Assembly (NCBI RefSeq): GCF_000143415.4
Contig: NW_003314407.1
Coordinates: 62,001 to 126,000, forward strand
DNA: 64,000 nucleotides
Origin: Selaginella moellendorffii
Taxonomy: Eukaryota; Plantae; Lycopodiophyta
Direction: 5' to 3'
The notes under the pieces were generated by a model, which saw only the letters and a program-made list of their open reading frames with translations, did not search any database and was not told the origin of the DNA. Shown one piece after another: positions 59,999-64,000 of this stretch (position 1 is its first letter; every line of letters begins with the position of its first letter). Both the position numbers and the translations under genes were made by a program.

Positions 59999-62044
59999 AT
60001 GGAGGCTCTGGCGCCGCGGGCGCTGCTGCTAGCCGCCGCTCCCCGATCCAATGCCAGAATCTCCATCGCCTCCCGGCGGCCGTGCCACAGGAGGATCGTG
60101 TGCTGCAGCCACAAGCGGGTGAATTCCGCCACGGTGAGCCTGGAATGGCTGACATCGCTGGTTTCTGGAAGAGGGCGCGGCGAGAGTGCTATTCCGACTG
60201 CCCAGGTGAGGCTCGAGGACTTGACCAAGCTGCTCCAAGGCTCGCTCTTCTTGCTGCTGTTCAAGTGGATGGGAGAATGCGGCCCTGTGTATCGACTCAC
60301 TGGAGGGCCGATTAACTTCATCGTGCTCAGCGATCCCGCCGCTGCCAAGTACGTGCTAAAGAACTACGGGAAGTACGCCAAAGGCCTTGTTTCCGAGGTG
60401 GCCGAGTTTCTTTTTGGCTCTGGATTCGCGACTGCTGAGGGTCAGATATGGATGGTGAGTTTTTTCTTAGTGACTAGCCAACTTCTACTAGAAGTGCTCA
60501 TGATCGTTCTCTACTTGCAGACTCGCCGCAGAGCGGTGGTTCCATCTCTTCATCGTAACTTCTTATCCACAATGGTGGATGGGGTCTTTTGCAAGTGCTC
60601 CGAGCGTCTTATTGACAAGCTTGACAAGGTAGCGCAGACAGGCGAGGCAGTGAACATGGAGGCTCAATTCTCTCAGTTGACACTGGACGTGATTGGCTTG
60701 TCGGTCTTTAACTACGATTTTGATGCGCTAACGACCGATAGCCCTGTGATCCAGGCTGTTTACACGGCTCTCAAGGAAACGGAATCTCGTGCTACAGACT
60801 TTGTTCAGTACTGGAAGGTACTCGGTGTAGAAAGATGTCGTGCACTCTTACCATTTGCGTGCAATGCAGGTGCCTTTGCTTTGTCAAATTGATCCGAGAC
60901 AACGAAAGGCCGCCAAGGCGGTTTCTCTCATTCGAAACACTGTTGAGGATTTAGTTGAAAAGTGCAAGAAGATTGTTGACGCTGAAGGGGAGTGTTTGGA
61001 GGGCGAGGAGTACGTGAACAAGTCCGATCCAAGTGTTCTTCGGTTTCTCTTGGCAAGTCGTGAAGAGGTACGTCACGCAACGGTTTTCTTCACAAAAAAA
61101 ATACTCTTCCCTTCTGATGTAGGTGTCAAGCCAGCAGTTAAGAGACGATCTTCTGTCAATGCTAGTTGCGGGACATGAAACCACAGGTTCCGTTCTAACT
61201 TGGACAGTATATCTCCTAAGTAAAGTGAGCAAGTAGCCTCTTCTATCGTCATTAAGTGTGGATTTTCTTATTTTCTTTTTTTTTTGCTAGAATCCTTTGG
61301 TGCTTGCCAAAGTGCAAGAGGAGCTGGACGCTGTCTTGAACGGTCGTAAGCCCACAGTCGCAGACACGAGAGAGCTCAAATACCTTACACGTTGTATCAA
61401 CGAGTCCATGCGTTTGTATCCTCATCCTCCTGTATGTCTGCGTAGTAGACACGGTCTTGTTACTAATTTTCTTCTTGCGCAGGTGCTCATTAGAAGAGCT
61501 CAAGAACAGGATACACTGCCTGGCGGATATAAACTGGAACGCGGCCAGAATGTCATGATATCTGTGTATAACATACATCATTCACCAGCTGTAAGCTTCA
61601 AATCGCATGTTGAATGTTTCCTGATATTACAGATATCCATAATCACACGCAGCTCTGGGAGCGAGCAGAAGATTTTGTTCCAGAAAGGTTCGATCCAGAT
61701 GGTCCCATCCCGAACGAATCGAACACAGACTTCAGGTGCGGCTAGTAATTTTATTATGGAACTCTGCTCACTTCGAAAGTTACTCGATTGGCAGATACAT
61801 TCCATTCAGCGGAGGGGCTCGAAAGTGTGTTGGAGACCAGTTTGCAATGCTGGAAGCACTTGTCACACTAGCAATGCTGCTCCAACGTTTTGAGCTCGAG
61901 CTGGTTCCTGGTCAAGATATTGGGATGACGACGGGTGCAACAATACATACGACTAAGGTAAGAGTACGTATACATTGGAGGGGACCATTGACAGGTCTTT
62001 GTTGTGCGTTGTAGGGTCTCTTCATGACGGTAAAGCGACGATGA
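59999..62044 (+). CDS. LUT1: Carotenoid epsilon-ring hydroxylase CYP97C1
   Basis: [62 protein letters not shown]. Confidence 0.9.
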
Positions 62045-62473
62045 GAGTAACAGTTTTCTAGAAACGAAGAAATTTAATCCGCGGATACAATAAAATTCAA
62101 CGATGAGAGTCATGGCCGCTCCTTTCAAGGTGGGCTTGTTCTCATCTCGAGCCGTATGTTTCTTCAAGTGCTGTTTCCGTAGAGCTAGGAAGGAATCTTC
62201 TATTTCCTGTAAGGACAAAGGTGGAAAAGCTGGCAGTCTGGACAAACGGCCAGCTGAAGAGGCGAAGTGACGGACAAGTATACCATCTTTGCTAGAATCG
62301 CCATGAACTAGAGGCCTCAATTCAAGAATCTCTCCGCCTCTCCATCAGAGAATGAAATGCCTGTGGGAACTCAGGAAGAAGGCGTCCTTTTCTTAGGGGG
62401 GTAGCCATCTGCTGGCATAAGTATGGTATGAAGTAGCAGAAGCAAGTATCATCGAGCGCAAGCAGCAGGCTTC

Positions 62474-64000
62474 ATGGCTCGTCAGGAGCACAACGGATTA
62501 CACCGCCACGATCAGCCGACCCTGCAAAACTTACTGGGAAGTGCGACGCCATATAGCCATGCTGGTAGTGAGTACAGCGAGAAGAACGACAAGCTCTACG
62601 GCCCGGGCCTGGTATTTGAAGATCTCTTGTACAGTGTGAGCAAGAAAGTGAAGAAAGAAGGCAAGTCGGTGGTGACTTCAGTGGATTTGCTGCATAACAT
62701 CTCGGGCGAGGCACTCAAAGGCCATGTCACTGCTGTTCTCGGGCCGAGTGGAGCTGGGAAGTCGACTTTCCTGGACGCTCTAGCAGGCAGGATTTGCAAA
62801 GGAAGCCTGCGAGGCCGAGTGACGGTGGATGGCAGGGCAGTGAGTACAAGCATGATGAAGAGAATATCTTCATACGTGATGCAGGACGATCAGCTGTTTC
62901 CCATGCTCACAGTGTACGAGACGTTTCTTTTTGCGGCTAACGTTCGGCTTCCCAGTGCGTTCACTCCGGAGGAGAAGAAAGCGCGTGTCGAAGAACTGAT
63001 CACGCAACTTGGCTTGGAGGTGAGTTGTTTAAGCTAAAAGTGTACGCTTAGACTTACATGTGATTGTTTTCTCCTGTAGCATGCAGCTGATACGTACATA
63101 GGCAACGAAGGAGTGAGGGGTGTCTCCGGCGGAGAAAGAAGGAGAGTGTCAATTGGCGTGGATATCATCCACGGGCCATCTCTCCTCTTCCTTGACGAGC
63201 CAACTTCGGGATTGGATTCCACGAGTGCATTCGTTGTGGTGGAACGTCTGAGGGACATTGCGCAGCGGGGAAGCACAGTTATTCTGACCATTCACCAGCC
63301 GTCCTACCGCATTCAGCAGTTGCTCAATCGGCTCATTGTTCTTGCGAGGTAGTCATGTTTAAACTCTAGCTAGCTCTTATTACAGCTTTGAGTGGATCTG
63401 CTTCTCAGGGGGAAACTGATCTACTTAGGAAAGCCTGATGCGCTCGAGGACCACCTTGCAGACCTTGGACGGCCTGTTCCCGACGGGGAGAATGCACTGG
63501 AGAACCTCCTGGACGTTATCAAAGAGTATGACGAGTCGGACTTGGGTTTGGAACCTCTGGTGCAGTTCCAGAGGGATGGCGTTCGACCGGATGGGCTTGG
63601 AGCAGAAGCGACGCCACTGCCATCCAAGAACAGGAACAGGAATTACTACCAAGTCGACGCCGAAGATGACAATGACTTCGACCGCTCCCTTCCAAAGAGC
63701 ATGGCCATGACTCCCTTGCACAACGATCCCAGGCTTGCGGCTCAGTTTTACAGGGAGTTCTCCGCGTGGCTGTACAACGAAGCCATTGACACGTTAAGAC
63801 GGACTCCGGCGAGGACACCGGCAAGAGCTTTACGGGTGCCAGCACTCTCTGCATGGAGGACGCCTATAGTGGCACCCGAGAAGCAACAGCGGCAGCAGCA
63901 GCAGCCAGTGGACGTTTCGGTGTCTTGCACCGTTGCTCTGGATGACCGCTTCCAGCCGTCCCACGCGCCATACTCGGATTTCAGCACCGATGACGAGGAG
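62474..64000 (+). CDS. STR: Half-size ABCG transporter STUNTED ARBUSCULE; runs off window
   Basis: [42 protein letters not shown]..[11 protein letters not shown], [15 protein letters not shown] resemble STR-specific motifs. Confidence 0.85.

Overview
Plant nuclear DNA; the ~45-70 nt introns, extreme gene density and gene set suggest the lycophyte Selaginella (inference). Bases ~1-23,600 are a nest of LTR retroelements: a recent non-autonomous element with hexamer-repeat LTRs, Cassandra-type TRIMs carrying 5S rRNA sequence (a tandem array plus solo LTRs), a decayed Ty3/gypsy gag-pol with two short GT-AG intron-like inserts, and a 7.3-kb non-coding LARD-like element with intact LTRs and TSD. 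Bases ~23,600-64,000 are a very compact gene block: a putative P-loop ATPase, F-box, class III peroxidase, UGGT, PUX2, BUB1, RPC3, P5A-ATPase, a stand-alone GRXS17-type TRX domain, SYP1 syntaxin, ABCG22-like, TPR-SET, an LRR-extensin fused to a C-type lectin domain, DUF3593, WNK, CYP97C1 and the 5' part of the mycorrhizal transporter STR. Most notable: the LRX-C-type-lectin fusion with an EPN motif, the intron-bearing gypsy pol, and the Cassandra/gypsy association joined through telomeric repeats. Family assignments come from recalled motifs, not database searches; multi-exon genes are given as overall spans.
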